A stretch of DNA of 63,395 nucleotides, counting the filler, from Pelomyxa schiedti (Eukaryota > Protista > Evosea): assembly GCA_020536535.1 (NCBI GenBank). It is 16 parts of 16 records of this genome, joined end to end, with 100 filler letters (N's around TTAATTAATTAA, not from the genome) between each part and the next. Parts side by side here need not be neighbours in the genome. Positions count along the whole stretch, not along the records: positions 1 to 21,135 come from JAHLWZ010001077.1; 15 more parts are not named here. One strand, written 5' to 3'. Numbering within the stretch: the stretch's first letter is position 1; each line of letters starts with the position of its first letter. The notes under the pieces were generated by a model. It was not told the origin of the DNA and made no database searches. It worked only from the letters and a program-made list of their open reading frames with translations. The position numbers were made by a program, and so were the translations under genes. Positions 1 through 12,468 of the stretch are shown piece after piece.

Positions 1-121
1 ATTCTGGTAATAGTCCAGATTCGGCTCAGTCCTCAGTCTCTCCAATCATCCCGCTAAAGTGCGCCAGGACTTCAGAGCCTCGCGAGCAAGGCCAAGTTCG
101 TGTACTTTGTGGAAGTACACA
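1..121 (-). mobile_element. End of hairpin-terminated LTR-like repeat (partial)
   Basis: GTGTACTT-TGTGG-AAGTACAC hairpin at 100-120, ending ACACA; clearly similar to 56634-56723 and, inverted, to 1421-1460. Confidence 0.6.
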
Positions 122-808
122 GGTCCAGTGCCATTTTTTGAGAATGTTCTGTATCATACTGCGTTTTACATCAAGATGGAAAGCAGCATTTGTGTCAGCC
201 ACAGGCTCATCAAGTGTGCACCAGGGAACTAAATAAACTCTTTATGGTTAACATGATTCCTGGAGGGTGGTCACATAAAATCGGAGACATGTATTCACTT
301 TCCATTGCTTGAGTTACATGAAGAAGGTTATGAATTGCATGCCCATAGAAAACCCTATGCATGCCACAAATGTATGCTATCACTTCGATATTTTTATCAA
401 AGTGTGCATTTTCGGACCTGCTATTGTATGTAGGTTAAAGGAATCTGTATTTCATCAAGATCAAGTGGCTGCAACAGAACATCTTGAAGAGTCTGAGGAC
501 TTCACAGAGTCATATAGTATCGTTTTTTTTACTTTTCTTCACTTGACTTGTCCTTTAGGGACTCCTTCTTCAATGCAATATAACCGCAGGCTGCTATTGC
601 CAGTAAACCTGGAGTAATGGAGAATGGACTGATGTTATCTAGGTGATACACCCTTGACTTCAAATACAACTACTCCAACTTCTGTGCTTGTTCCACCAAT
701 CAGTATCCTTTCATCACATTTTACTCTTTTACCACCTTTTGTAGGTGACAGCAAGGCAGTCTCTACATCAAATACCAATGTAGATGACCTCTTACCCTCC
801 CCAGGTGC

Positions 809-950
809 TAAGTCTATTGCTATGGCTATGGCTATGGCTACAGTGACGGCTGTGGCTATGGCTATGGCGATGGCTATGGCTACGGCTACAGCTGCAGCTA
901 CAGCCATGGCTGCAGCGATGGCTACAGTGACAGCTGCGGCTGCAGCTATG
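809..950. repeat. Degenerate hexamer microsatellite (GCTAYG/GCTRCA)n
   Basis: About 23 imperfect 6-bp units; minus strand reads as (CGTAGC)n with CGT changed to CAT or TGT. Confidence 0.85.
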
Positions 951-1420
951 TGAGAGCGGCAACCCTAACACAATTTGTTATGCCCATAACAAATTGACAA
1001 AATTAAATTATTACCATTTTACAATCTACAATGACTATGCGACAATGTGTGCTTGGCCAGTGAACTCTACACAACTCAGTCACGTAGTAAGTGATCAAGT
1101 GGGAACTTTGTCTTTGTGGCTATTCCACTCTACTGCAGGTCCTGGTGGAGAAGGCATCCTTCCGTCTTACCATTTGTATTTTCCCAACTCATGCAAAGGT
1201 ACTCTGATGTTTGATTGGACACCCAGCTTGGTGCCACTCAGGTCTGCCTCTCTATTTTGTTTCTCTTTGGTGTAGTACCCTTGATGTAGTACCTTGACCT
1301 ATGGTAAAGATTTTCTTTTGTATTAGACCCAGTCACAGGTTGCAGCAGGATCAATCTAAGGAATTGACATTTCTTTTCGCATTTGTTCTCCCACATTCAT
1401 TGATTCTGAGAATGGACTTC

Positions 1421-1794
1421 TGTGTACTTCCATAAAGTACACAAACTCACTGAGTCGGAGGAATCTGATCATCTCGGGGGTGAGAGATCTGATCTTGATT
1501 TGCAGATTTGTGATGGTTACTGGAAATGGAGGCCGAGAGTAAATATCACATGGCGGGGCTAGCACTAGCAGCTGCCGTTGATAATCCTCAAGCTGTTGGC
1601 TCGGCTGTGTTGAAAAGTGGTCCCCCCAATACTCTGGACCATGTGGCTGTTGGAACCTTCTAGAACAAGCGTGTCCTTTTAAGCCAGGCTCAAATCCACC
1701 TGACAACACACACAAAGTAAAAAGCAATAAGAACACACCAACACTACACGAGAATAACCAAAACATTATCATTAGAATTGTGTTGTTACACACA
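1421..1794 (+). mobile_element. Solo-LTR-like element with terminal hairpin
   Basis: Starts TGTGTACTT-CCATA-AAGTACACA (9-bp stem), ends ...GTTACACACA; CA-rich 3' third like the other LTR-like copies; no TSD seen. Confidence 0.55.
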
Positions 1795-1821
1795 AAAGCA
1801 CACTTCACCTTGTGCAGGGCC

Positions 1822-2943
1822 ATGTACCTTGGGGTCAAGGCACCCCAGAGTGATGTGCCCGCTCCCCACCACGTTTTGTGGGCCCATGACCAATTTGTAG
1901 TGCTGTGTGCTGGCAGCATTGTGGGACGGTGCGGCTCACAGTCACCGCTTCGCGTGCTGCCGCCAGAAGTGCTGTGCCACAAGATCGGCAGAAACTGGAT
2001 CATTGGATCCCGCTGCCGTGGCAGGGTCACCCTCAGTAGTGACAAAACTATTATGGGAAGACACGCAGACAACAACGTGGTTCGTTACAGTGTCACATAC
2101 ACTGGGTGTCATTTCAATCGATTCCGTTGGTATGACAGGTCACAGCAGAGAGAGGGCACACTGGTGGGCAGATAGGGCCCATGTCATAGTCAGCAAGTGG
2201 AACAAAGGGCTGATGTGTGACTGCGAGGACGGCAGGGTGGTGGCCAGGCTGCAGCTTGTGACTGAACAAGAAATGTGTGCTTCGGTGGGATGTGGTTCGT
2301 TGTGTGATGGCAAAGCATAGAACAAGAATGAGATCAAGAAAGAGATTCTATTATTTGTTCTGTTTGTTGTTTGTTTTGATTTGTGGGTTTAGGTCATGAT
2401 TCTAAGGTTGGAGTGTGTTGGGCTTATAAGGACTCGAAAACGACTTGAAATCGAGGTAGATTTCCGCGAACTTGATTTCCTAAGATGTCAGGTCCGAGTG
2501 GTGACTCAACAGGTCAGTCTCTCAGTCTCGGTGTTCGTGCTCGTGCTCGCAGAGAGTTTGCTTGTGTATTCTACTGAATCACACAGAAACAAAGTGGGTG
2601 TGCAGTGACTGGAAACTTTGGGAGCACCTATCAACTGGTGGCCCTGAAAACCCGTCAATGTGTGTGGAGCAGCTTTCTTGGCAATCCTGTCAAAGTTGAT
2701 GAGCGCCATTTCGTCGCCTACAGCAACCTGGATGACACGCTGAGGGTTTTCTCCACTGATGACTTTGACACACCGTGCCGTGTGTTCTGCTACGACGACA
2801 CTGACACAGAGTACACAGTTCGGAACGGTATGATTGCGTTTAGGAGTAAAGAACACATTGACCTTGTCGATGCTGTCACTGGCCTGTGGTTGTGGCGGCT
2901 GCCTGTCAGTTCCCCACTGGACTTCAGCCTTTCTTCATTCTGA
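1822..2943 (+). pseudogene. Family A pseudogene, frameshifted and split by an LTR-like insertion
   Basis: WAHDQFVVLCAGSIVGRCGSQSPLRVLP motif; frame change to WFVTVSHTLGV; C-terminal NGMIAF...IDLVDAVTGLWLW at 2605-2943. Confidence 0.8.
2301..2585 (-). mobile_element. Solo-LTR-like element (285 bp)
   Basis: TGTGTGAT...ATCACACA termini; hairpin at 2563-2585; end similar to 37235-37265 and 21086-21135. Confidence 0.65.
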
Positions 2944-3171
2944 ACGATGCTCTTGGCAATTTTGGGACTCACACTTTTAATTTTTTGGGTCTTTGGATCT
3001 TGCCATGTGATGCTCCTCAGAGACTGGAAAGACCCCGAAACGGTAGCACTGTCCAGTCCAGATGTGGTCCGACATTTCAGAATTTTCCCTTCAGGTACCT
3101 TTTCTGCCCCGTTGATGCCAAAAAGTGTGAAGGAAAAAACAGCGTTTCAATCGTTGTCGACAACGATCAAA

Positions 3172-4338
3172 ATGATGCCGGAACTGTTTGGTGGTCCGGG
3201 TGTCACGATGAGCCCACCCGACCACGTTGCGTGGGCAGAGCACCAATTCGTGGCGGTGTGCGCAGGGGGAATTGTGGGACGCTGCGCGTCGGCGTCGCCG
3301 TTGCGGGTGCTGCCACACCACGTGCTGTGCCACGAAATCGGCCGGAACTGGATCATGGGCGTGGCAAAGAGCGTGCTTGTGACCTTGCGATATGACTCCG
3401 AGGAGTACTACGAGGCACTTTGGTTTGTTCGCACCTCGCACACCCTTGGTGTAGTTTCAATCGAATGTGACCACAGAAAGACCAGTGCGTGCATTTATGG
3501 GTGGGTTGGCCGCCACCACGTGGCAACCCGCCAAGGGCTCTGGGGGACGGGCACCACTTCCGCGATTGTGGAGACAACAAAAATGCAGAAGGTGGTTGAG
3601 TGGGATGGTACCTTTATCATCTCGCACACAGGGGTGGTGAGTAACGCGCGGTGGCAGTTGGTGTACAACTCTTTCGGTACGAAAACGGTTGCAATCTGGC
3701 CAAAACCGTTGCCACCGGCAACCAACAGCACCACTTCAGGGAGAGCAGATTTTGTGAGAAGTGTGTTTATCAAAGAGGTGGAACACGTGCAATGGATCGA
3801 CGCAACTCTGGGTGGCAGTGATGCTAACATTGCTGCATTTGCAGTGTGGACGGTACACAAGCAGGCACTGTGGATTGTTGACTTGGAGAAAACATACCAG
3901 CAGGGTGTGCTTTCAATCCTTCAAGAGGTACCTCTGAAGAGTTATGATATTTTTTGGTCAGCAAAGTACGGAGTCATTGGTGAACCGCAGACTCAACCAC
4001 TACCCAACTGGTCCTCACATCCAACCTTCATGATTGACATTGACACACATCAAGCTGTGAGCAGTTTCATGTGGTTGGGTGGAAAGATTGATGAGAGCCA
4101 CGTCTATGAGGTTTCTTCCACAGGGGCTCTGAGCATTTTTTCAGCAACCAATACCTACACCCCCTGCCATGTTTACCAGTGGAGATCAGATTGTCGGTGC
4201 ATTACCAACAACGGGTTGCTTGCATTTCAAGGAATCCATCACGTCAACCTCATTGATGCTGTAACAGGCTGTAGCTTGTGGAGTCAACCCGTGCCAACTC
4301 TGACTTCCCATCATGTACTCACACTCCAGTCTCTTTGA
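3172..4338 (+). CDS. Family A protein (388 aa, intronless)
   Basis: Intact ORF, about 87% identical to 19498-20664; start inferred from the paralog. Confidence 0.85.
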   Translation: MMPELFGGPGVTMSPPDHVAWAEHQFVAVCAGGIVGRCASASPLRVLPHHVLCHEIGRNWIMGVAKSVLVTLRYDSEEYYEALWFVRTSHTLGVVSIECDHRKTSACIYGWVGRHHVATRQGLWGTGTTSAIVETTKMQKVVEWDGTFIISHTGVVSNARWQLVYNSFGTKTVAIWPKPLPPATNSTTSGRADFVRSVFIKEVEHVQWIDATLGGSDANIAAFAVWTVHKQALWIVDLEKTYQQGVLSILQEVPLKSYDIFWSAKYGVIGEPQTQPLPNWSSHPTFMIDIDTHQAVSSFMWLGGKIDESHVYEVSSTGALSIFSATNTYTPCHVYQWRSDCRCITNNGLLAFQGIHHVNLIDAVTGCSLWSQPVPTLTSHHVLTLQSL

Positions 4339-4424
4339 AGTTCCGGTATGTTGATTATTTTATTCCGCCACTTTAGAACTTGTTGTAGCCCTTTCGAGTC
4401 TTAGATTTTGGTTCCTCACCCGTC

Positions 4425-5566
4425 ATGAGCCACAGCGGGACACACACGGACCACGCGCACCGTCATAGGCATAAGCATCATAAAACACCTTCCTCCACAT
4501 CTCTTGTAGATACTCCCGCATCTCTCTCATCGGCGACAACGACCAGCGCAACCATCGACACCACCACCAGTACTACCGAGCTGCAGCAGCAGAGCACCAG
4601 CCCCAGTTCCCCCGCCCACTCCCCACCACCACCACGACCACCTGCGCCGGGCGCCGCGGCGGGGGGCGGCGAGGGCAGCGAGGCCGAGGCCCACGGCGAA
4701 GGGCGCGAGGGCGAAGTGCGCGGCGGCACCACCGCAGCGGCGGCGGAGGCGACGGCCGCGGAGGAGCCGGCCCGCAAGAGGCGGAGGAGGAGGCGGCGCA
4801 GCACGGCGGCGGTGCCCAGGCACCAGCCGTGGACCAGCCCCGCGAGGAGGAAGTCGGTGGCGGCGAGGCACCAGCGGGCCGAGGACGAGCGGGCTGCGCT
4901 GGGCACCCTGGGCGGCCTCGTCGTGCGGCGCCCGCAGTGCCCAAAGTCGCGGGAGCGGGTGCGGGAGGACTGCGTGGACCTCGACTGCGCCAAGACCGCG
5001 GCCATGACCTCGGGGCTGCTGCTGCTACGAAACGGGGCGACGCTGGCCAACCCGGTCCGCCACCACTTGGCTTCGGAAAAGGTACCTCCTCGTACTATAT
5101 CTTGACACATATCTAGATACGGAACACACACTATATTTGTATGAAGGTAGTATTAGTTGTTCTGCGTAGAATAAAAACGTGCGGAGGACTCGCAACACTC
5201 TTTCCTCATTCTGTAATTTACAGTATAATATACTTACCGGCAATTAGACTATGCATAGTCCTTATTTCTTTTTTCAGGCTAACAAATTACAAGGTCTTTG
5301 TAGTGCTAATGGGCTTTGTCAAAATCAACATTGGAGACCAGTTATTTGGAGTGGGGGTGAATGACCAAGTTGTTGTGCCGGCCAATGTGTCATACTCCAT
5401 GGCCAACCACCCCAAGAACCGCCTGTGTAAGATAGCATATGTTACTGTGGCACCGGCACCACCACCGGCTCCCTCGTTGCCTTCTACTGACATTCTGGAT
5501 ACAACCACCGCCAAAGCACTGAATGATTCTACAAACAGCGAAGAGATACTGGACGATGATGAATGA
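4425..5566 (+). CDS. CENP-C/Mif2-like protein with C-terminal cupin domain
   Basis: Low-complexity basic exon 4425-5081, GT-AG intron 5082-5116, then GGLATLFP...VFVVLMGFVKINIGDQLFGVGVNDQVVVPANVSYSMAN matching the Mif2/CENP-C cupin pattern. Confidence 0.55.
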
Positions 5567-5629
5567 TAAGCACTCAACACACCAACAACACATGTGGAAT
5601 AGTATTAAAAAAAAAGAAAAATACTGGGT

Positions 5630-6947
5630 TCACCAGTGTAATCTGTATCTTTTCTTGAATCTCTCTACAGCAATGTCGTCTGTTGCCATAAGTGATTTGT
5701 TTGGTGCTCCACCTGTTTGTGGTTGTGATGGTTGTGTTGTTGAAGTTGCCGCTGTGGTGGTTGATGTTTCATTTTGTGGGTGGGAAATCGGGATTGGAGG
5801 TGCCCCAAATAGTCGCGGGTTACTTGGTGCTGTAAGTGTATTTTAGTTTAGTTGGCGGGGCATTGTAATTGTATATTTTCAAACAAGACATACATTGGGT
5901 GAAGTGGAAGTTTGTTATGCCTTGATCGGCGGGCTGTGGTTCCCTGTAAGACGTGAGAAAAAGAACAGATAAGGAAAGAAAATACGCAGGAGGGCGCTTT
6001 CTGTTCATCAAGGATTGTTTTTTTGCTTTTTCAGTTTCCTCAATGTTTCTTAACTTATATCTGGATATCATTTAGAGCATGCTAAGAGGAAGGAACGGCA
6101 TTACTCTATTGGTAGTTCCACCTCGACAATACCAGTCAACCAGTTTGTGTGCTCTGCATCCTTCTTTGTTGCGGATTCTGTCTGAGGAGAATGGTGAACT
6201 TTGTTGACAGGGGAAATACTTACTTGCAGGTGTTCTGGAGTTTTGTACAAATCAAAATCATTCGATTTCTCCGTGCTTGTCTGCTGAGGCTGATGATAGA
6301 CTTAGAATTGCAACTTCGTACAGTGCAAGGACTTCAAAATGCCCCATACTATTTTAGATTTACCTTTGGAGCTTCGATAAGGAGTTCTTCAGCGCGCATT
6401 ACTGAATTGAGCTTGCTCTGTATAAATTTTTCCCTTTCAAAATAAGTAATGAACAGTGATGATAATGTATTATGCTATTGTGGTTGAGAGTTTTTGATTG
6501 TTGCTATTCTATTTGAACGCAACTACGCACATTCTTGCATTGAGCAAATCCTCTGATTCTTTCCTCCTAGAATCCGAGGAAACTGCAGCAGCAGAAACTC
6601 CGCGTAGACGACCACCCCTTTGCCCCTGCCCGGGTTTGATGAGGCCCTCTGCAAACTGACCGATTACAACCTAACACCATTAAGCAGATAAAGTGAATTT
6701 GCTGAGGACTTACTTGCTCCCCAGTGGTTATCGCACTCCCGACAGTCTCTTTGGTAACAATTGGAGGGGCCACGGTGGATAATGCAAGTTTTTCTAGCAG
6801 AAATAAATACGTGCATGTACTTAGGTGGAAAACAACAGTACCTGCTGTTATTCCCGCTGCTCTCAAAGAAGCTCTTTGTTGTTGCCTTTCAATAACTTGG
6901 TTTAACCTGTTTCAGGTATGCATGTTAAAGCAGGCACAAACTAGCGG

Positions 6948-7024
<77 letters not shown>

Positions 7025-7029
7025 GTGTG

Positions 7030-7096
<67 letters not shown>

Positions 7097-7760
7097 GGTG
7101 CCATTTTCGTGCCACTCGCTCACACACAAACCTCTGATGCTCGTCTAGCGCCTTATCAGCGGGGCTCCCATAATTGCTATCAGCCGCCCCGGTTCCCCCC
7201 TCCCCGCCCCCGCCCCCGTCCCCGCTGCCCCTGTCGCCGCCACCACTCGCATTAGCATTAGCATCCGCATTAGTATCAGTAGGTTCCTTCCCCCTCGCCC
7301 CGCCGCCGCCGGCGGTCTCCCCTTCATGGTGCGTGGCTGCGGCCCCCCCCTCGCTCTTTGGATCCACGCCGCCACCACCACCGCTCGCTGCGGCCCCCCC
7401 GCCCACCTGCTGCTGTGGGTCCTCGATGTCGGGAGTATGTGCACAAGCGGCGGGGCGTCTTTTACGGAACACTCGCGTGGGTTTGATGGGGGGCGGGGGC
7501 CGGGGCAGAGCGGTGGTGCTGCTGCTGGTGCTGCTGCCCGGAGCGACTGTGCCTGTAGCTGTGCTTGTGGTTGCGGTGGCTGGGCGATCTGGGGGCGCGC
7601 CACCACAGCTCGCGGAGGGTGTCTCCGCGGGTGGTGGTTGCTCCTCGTGGTGATGTCGTTGGGTTGGGGCACATGGGGGACGAGGGTCCCGGTCCTGAAC
7701 CGAAGGGCTGCTGCTGGCCAAACTACTAGGAATAGTACGCCCTACGTCCCGGTCCCCCAT
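5630..7760 (-). CDS. C9orf78: C9orf78/Tls1 (HCA59 family) splicing-associated protein, multi-exon
   Basis: Exon motifs RVFRKRR, WLTGIVEVELPIE, YKLRNIEETEKAK and C-terminal ATDDIAVERFKKRYR. Confidence 0.8.
6954..7095. repeat. Compound (TA)n(TG)n microsatellite in an intron
   Basis: Seen directly. Confidence 0.98.
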
Positions 7761-9273
7761 CACACTCCAGAAACAAACAAATCGGAAGAGAAAATTTCTT
7801 TGGAGGGCCTTTGTAGTTGTAGTCTATGCGGAGTGCTGTTGGGTAGTTTCTCAAAGAGAAACTGAAGAACAGTAAAGATAGTAGATTGTGGATGATGACG
7901 AGCCCCCTCTGCAGCAACCAAAGCCAAAGCATCACTCAGTCACACATCCCACACCACTTGGTGGAGGCTGAGTGCGAGGTGGGTAGTGTTGCAAGCCACC
8001 CACATTTCAGATTGTGGTGAACCACAACATGAAATGGTGGGACGGCCACAAGGGTGCCCAGACCCAACTCCCATAAGTGGACACTGATGGAACATGTACA
8101 AACTGAGTTTGAAAATGCAAAGGCCCCCCGCCTCATTCAATCGTGATGATGATGATGATGAGAGAGTGGCAACCCCCAAAAAGGGCCTGGAGGAGGGCTT
8201 GATCTCGTGACCAACTCGACCCCAAACCACCACCCCCACCCTGCCCCTCGCCAGCAGCACCAGCAGCACCAGCGCCAGCAGCACCAGCACCAACGAGCCA
8301 GCACAGCCAACAACCACCAAACGAGCAGCCAGCCGACGAGCCCCCTCTGCAGCAACAGCCCCAGCAGTCACCACTGATGATGATTCATGCACGATGATGA
8401 TGATGGATGACGCTTACGACAACGGTGATTGATGATGTGATTACACACAATGAACGACACACTCAATGACGCAACACAGAGACAGGAGAGCAGCAGGCCA
8501 ACGGTGGCAGAAGGCCAACGGTGTTATGTTTTTTTTTTTTTTTTGGATGGTTGTGTGCAGGTAATGCATTACGTGGTAGTTCCCAATCCATTTAGTTCTA
8601 TTTGGATGGATGTTTTTCTACGCAGAACAAACAAGAAGGGCAATAGTGCTACGTGTTTTCTTTTTAAGCTAAAGGATGTTTTACTAAGTGGAGCAGAACA
8701 AGTTTTTTTGATAGGGTACTTTATTGGATGGAGTTATGTTCAGTGTGTTTTGTGGTTTTGTGGTTTCACATTGGAGTAGTGTACAGTAAATTGCCATAGG
8801 GCCCTGGGTTCAGCAGAATATGATGACCAAATAGCCTTCAGCCTGTGCTTCCCAGGCCTAATTTCTTGCCATTGATCGCTCTCCTCAGGGCCAGTAGATA
8901 CCTGAATATTATAAGTATTATGGTTATTCATCAGGGATATTACTGTGAAGTATTGTGGTTCCGCTTTTGGGTTGGTTGCTAACAGTTGCACAATCTTATT
9001 TTCTGGCTGAGTTATTTAGTTATTTTTTGTTTTTGGTCTTGTGTGCCATTTATTCTGGCATAATCCCCGGACGCGACGACGTCTGGGACATTTGAATTTT
9101 AAATTTCCCTTTCTTCGTGTTTTGATTGAAAGTGCATGGACGACACTCCTGAGACTTTGGGCAAAAATGGACCTACCATAGAGGCCACAGAACTTCTTGC
9201 ATCCGGGAGAAACAACTTGATTGGTAAGAATCGCCATCATCATGATACATCAAGGGCTGGGTTGGTGTTGTCA

Positions 9274-10678
9274 TCAAGGGAGAAGGGCGCAGCTTGAATA
9301 TCTGTCAGTGGAAAAATCAACAGTGAGTATTGGCAAGTCAGACGGTGAAGACAACACGTCAGTCACTTCGAAGTGAGTGTTGGACTTGTGGAAGAGGAAC
9401 CCTGAGTTGGCTTCCACCTCTGTGCATCTCTCCCTGTGCTTGGATGCCCTCACTTTGCCCCTGTTGCAGTCCCAGAGCTCAAAGCAGTCGGGCATCGACA
9501 CGCAGAACTGTGACATGCTTACTTGGGAGATACATTTGCAGGCATACGATGGTGGCTTGATTTGTTTGAAGGAGCTGGTTCCTTCTTGAAGCTCCAGAAC
9601 CTCCCCGAGCTGTCGAGGGTAAAACACTCTGGCAATGACATAACGTTGGCCATTGTTCTTCTGTACAATAAAAGCAGAGCAAAGAGTGCAGAAAGTGGGG
9701 AACTGAGTGGAACTCTTCACAATAAGGGTTCTTGTTGAGTATGTCTGGGGGACATCAATAACAGATAGGATCAGCCTGCCAGGGTCACTGTAAAAGTGTG
9801 TTGCAATAAGGGCTTCGTCAGGGTCCATCTTGTTGAAAGAAAAAAGCTTCACCATACTGTCACCCTGAGAGGCATTTGTAAGTGGAACTACTGCCTGGCT
9901 GCAGTCCACATCATTCACTCCCTCTCTTTGTTTTCCGTGTTGTTGGTGCTCCTGAGAATCCTCTATAATGAGGCTTACAACTCCCAGGAACCTGTCTGAG
10001 TGATGCTCTAGACAGCGCCAATGCAACATCCACTTGTCATTGCATATCACCCTGCACAGAGCAGGGCTATCTCTCCACAACAAGTGCCTCCTTGCACCGC
10101 CATTCTCCCAATTGATGTTCTTCACGAAGCACTTGTTGAACCCAGTCTCCACTTCCTCCTCTTCACCTTTGGAATGCTGCCACCCCCAAACGTAGTTCCT
10201 CCCAATGACACTGCTCTCAGTCTCCGACGCTGGCCCGTGCCACCTGCAAGTGACAGTTCTCGTGATACTGTTCAACACAGGTGACACCCCGAAAGTGAGC
10301 AAGTCGCCCGTTGGCAGCTCGTGGGGCCCTGCCTTCCTGCTTGCCAACACGTCCAACTGCACGTCGGTCGATGTGCCCCTCCCACAACTCAAATACTTCT
10401 CACACAGTTCCCTCAGAAGTGGCCCGGGGAACTGCAGGAGCGAAACCTCCGGGTCCAAGTCCAGGGACGGCCAGGGGACCGTGGGACCCGCACCGTGGGT
10501 GTGTCATCATCGCCAGGGCAACCATTTGGTCGCGGGCGCGACGTCCCACCGCCACGACAACACCGCGAGGGCACGGGCACCCTGACACTACAGAGGCTGT
10601 GTTTGAGGACGTCACTCGCGCTCCGTTGCCACTTTTGTCCATCACCAGCAACTGATTGTGTTTTTTTCTCTGAAACAC
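9274..10678 (-). CDS. Divergent family A protein, with a probable 37-nt intron or a frameshift
   Basis: RARDQMVALAMMTHPRCG in one frame; FPGPLLRELCEKYL...NDKW...FELWDCN...SGFLF in the +1 frame; start codon uncertain. Confidence 0.7.
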
Positions 10679-10807
10679 TTGTGTTCAGTTTTTGTTGCCA
10701 TTATTTGTATGGTTGGGGCTCTCAAATGGGTCTGGGTTCATCTCCCTGAAAACACTGCCAGACTCTCCTTTAGTTTGGATACCTAGTGAAACTGTTAGAG
10801 ACTCTGT

Positions 10808-11178
10808 TATACACTACGGCAGAAAAGCACGTTTTCCTGGGCTTGGTGCAGCTGGTCCATGGCAATCTTTTGACCAGCTGGGTCTGTGGCATAAAACAAA
10901 ATCAGTTTGCTCAGTGCTGCAATTTGCGACTCCTCTGCCTGCCTTTGTTGAGTAGTTGTACGCGGCAATTAATTTCAAAGGCGTGCAAGAGAGAGAGGCG
11001 ACATGTGTTATTGTTACAATACCGCAATTTCCTTTCGTAACTTGGTGACTTGCTCGCGCTCGGCATTTGCGCCATTCGACGACGTCATATCCGCAACTGC
11101 AACTTCTTCCTCTTCTCCCTCCTCGTTGTCCTCGTCATCAACATCAGCAACTGCTCCGTGTGCCGACATCGTTGTCAT
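10808..11178 (-). CDS. Small acidic protein with HR1-like helical hairpin (not in ORF track; 3' end uncertain)
   Basis: Spliced reading MTTMSAHG...KLRKEIA|AEESQIAALSKLILFYATDPAGQKIAMDQL across a GT-AG intron. Confidence 0.45.
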
Positions 11179-11259
11179 TAAGAAGTTATTCTCGTAACAT
11201 CAGTGGCCGCTTCAGTCTGAGAACGTTCGCGGTTCTTTGAATTGGTGTCTTTATTGAAT

Positions 11260-12468
11260 TCATAAGGAGCTGAACCTCAGTTGGCGCCCATTCTTCTGGG
11301 GCACACACTGACACCACAGCCAACACCCAGTCACGGCATCAACCAGATCAATGCGGCCGGCGCGGCAGAACGCAATCAAACCGTTGTGGATAATGAACTG
11401 GCTGCAAACACCCACAGGGAACACCCGGCAGGGAGTGTCATCATTTCTGGCAAACACACTCACGGTCCCGGGTGTGTGATAAGAAACTCCAGAGACCTCA
11501 TAGAAATGAGTTTCATCAACTTTGCCCAAACGTGATGCACAATGCTTCACAACTTGATTTGTCTCCAGGTCCACCTGCAGCCACTCCCTTGTATCTGCTG
11601 GGTAGAGAGAGGTAGCCTCAGTTATTTCGGACTGAGCAATGAACCCATGCTTGTCTGACCAAAAGAGAGTGCCGTAATGATCCTGGCCCAACTGGAATTC
11701 TTGAGTGATGGAAAACTCACCCTGTTTGTAGCTTTTCTCCAAATCAACAAACAAAAGAAGACTCTCTCCTTTTCCAATCGCCACTGACACTGCCGCACAG
11801 TTACAATTTCCTGTGTTCATGAAGTCTATCCAGTTGATGTGATCAGTTTCATCCCCAATGGACACAATCCTCACTGCATAAGTTGCTCTTCCATTGTTTG
11901 TTGTTTCCACTGGCTTCGGCCACATTGAGACCCTTTTTTTATCGGTACTGTACACCGCCTGCCACCGTGAATTGCTGACCACCGTCGAGCCACGCATCAG
12001 GGCGCTCCAAAAACCGAAGTTTTCAATCTCAGCCACCTCGTGCATACTTTCCACCTCCATGATTGCAGAGTGAGAGGCAAAGGCAGGCGATCCAGGATCG
12101 TAAATGTAGGCTGCAACGTGGAACCTGTCCACCCAACCATGAATAGCCAGCCCACTTTTCTGGCAGTCTCGCACTTGCCCGACTTCAACAACACCCAGTG
12201 TGTGTGACACACTCACAAACCATGGTGAATAGCCGCATCCATAACGATAAGAGCCCACAACGACACTCTTTGCCACACCCATGATCCAGTTTCTGCCGAT
12301 TTCGTAGCACAGCACGTGGGGGGGAACCCCGCGCAAAGGGGACGCCGACGCGCAACGTCCCACAATTCCCCCTGCACACATCGCCACGAATTGGTCTCGT
12401 GCCCACGCAACGTGGCCATTTTCTGGCAGCGTACACGGTGAACCCTCGGACACCTCGTTCAAATCCAT
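11260..12468 (-). CDS. Family A protein (intronless)
   Basis: WARDQFVAMCAGGIVGRCASASPLR...EIGRNWIMG; ends IDLVDAVTGCWLW. Confidence 0.85.
   Translation of the reverse strand: MDLNEVSEGSPCTLPENGHVAWARDQFVAMCAGGIVGRCASASPLRGVPPHVLCYEIGRNWIMGVAKSVVVGSYRYGCGYSPWFVSVSHTLGVVEVGQVRDCQKSGLAIHGWVDRFHVAAYIYDPGSPAFASHSAIMEVESMHEVAEIENFGFWSALMRGSTVVSNSRWQAVYSTDKKRVSMWPKPVETTNNGRATYAVRIVSIGDETDHINWIDFMNTGNCNCAAVSVAIGKGESLLLFVDLEKSYKQGEFSITQEFQLGQDHYGTLFWSDKHGFIAQSEITEATSLYPADTREWLQVDLETNQVVKHCASRLGKVDETHFYEVSGVSYHTPGTVSVFARNDDTPCRVFPVGVCSQFIIHNGLIAFCRAGRIDLVDAVTGCWLWCQCVPQKNGRQLRFSSL

Noticed and set aside
100-121. Helitron 3' end or Rho-independent terminator
   Set aside because: No CTRR end and no U-tract; a related copy is an LTR followed by a PBS
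2947-3171. Signal-peptide-like N-terminal extension of the family A ORF
   Set aside because: Absent from the close paralog, so it is probably an upstream open frame
6724-7255. ORFs with CVCV or HTHT runs
   Set aside because: Translations of an intronic microsatellite
7880-8440. Possible membrane-protein gene with a 22-bp direct repeat (7897, 8335)
   Set aside because: Low complexity, CpG-decayed and no consistent frame or domain
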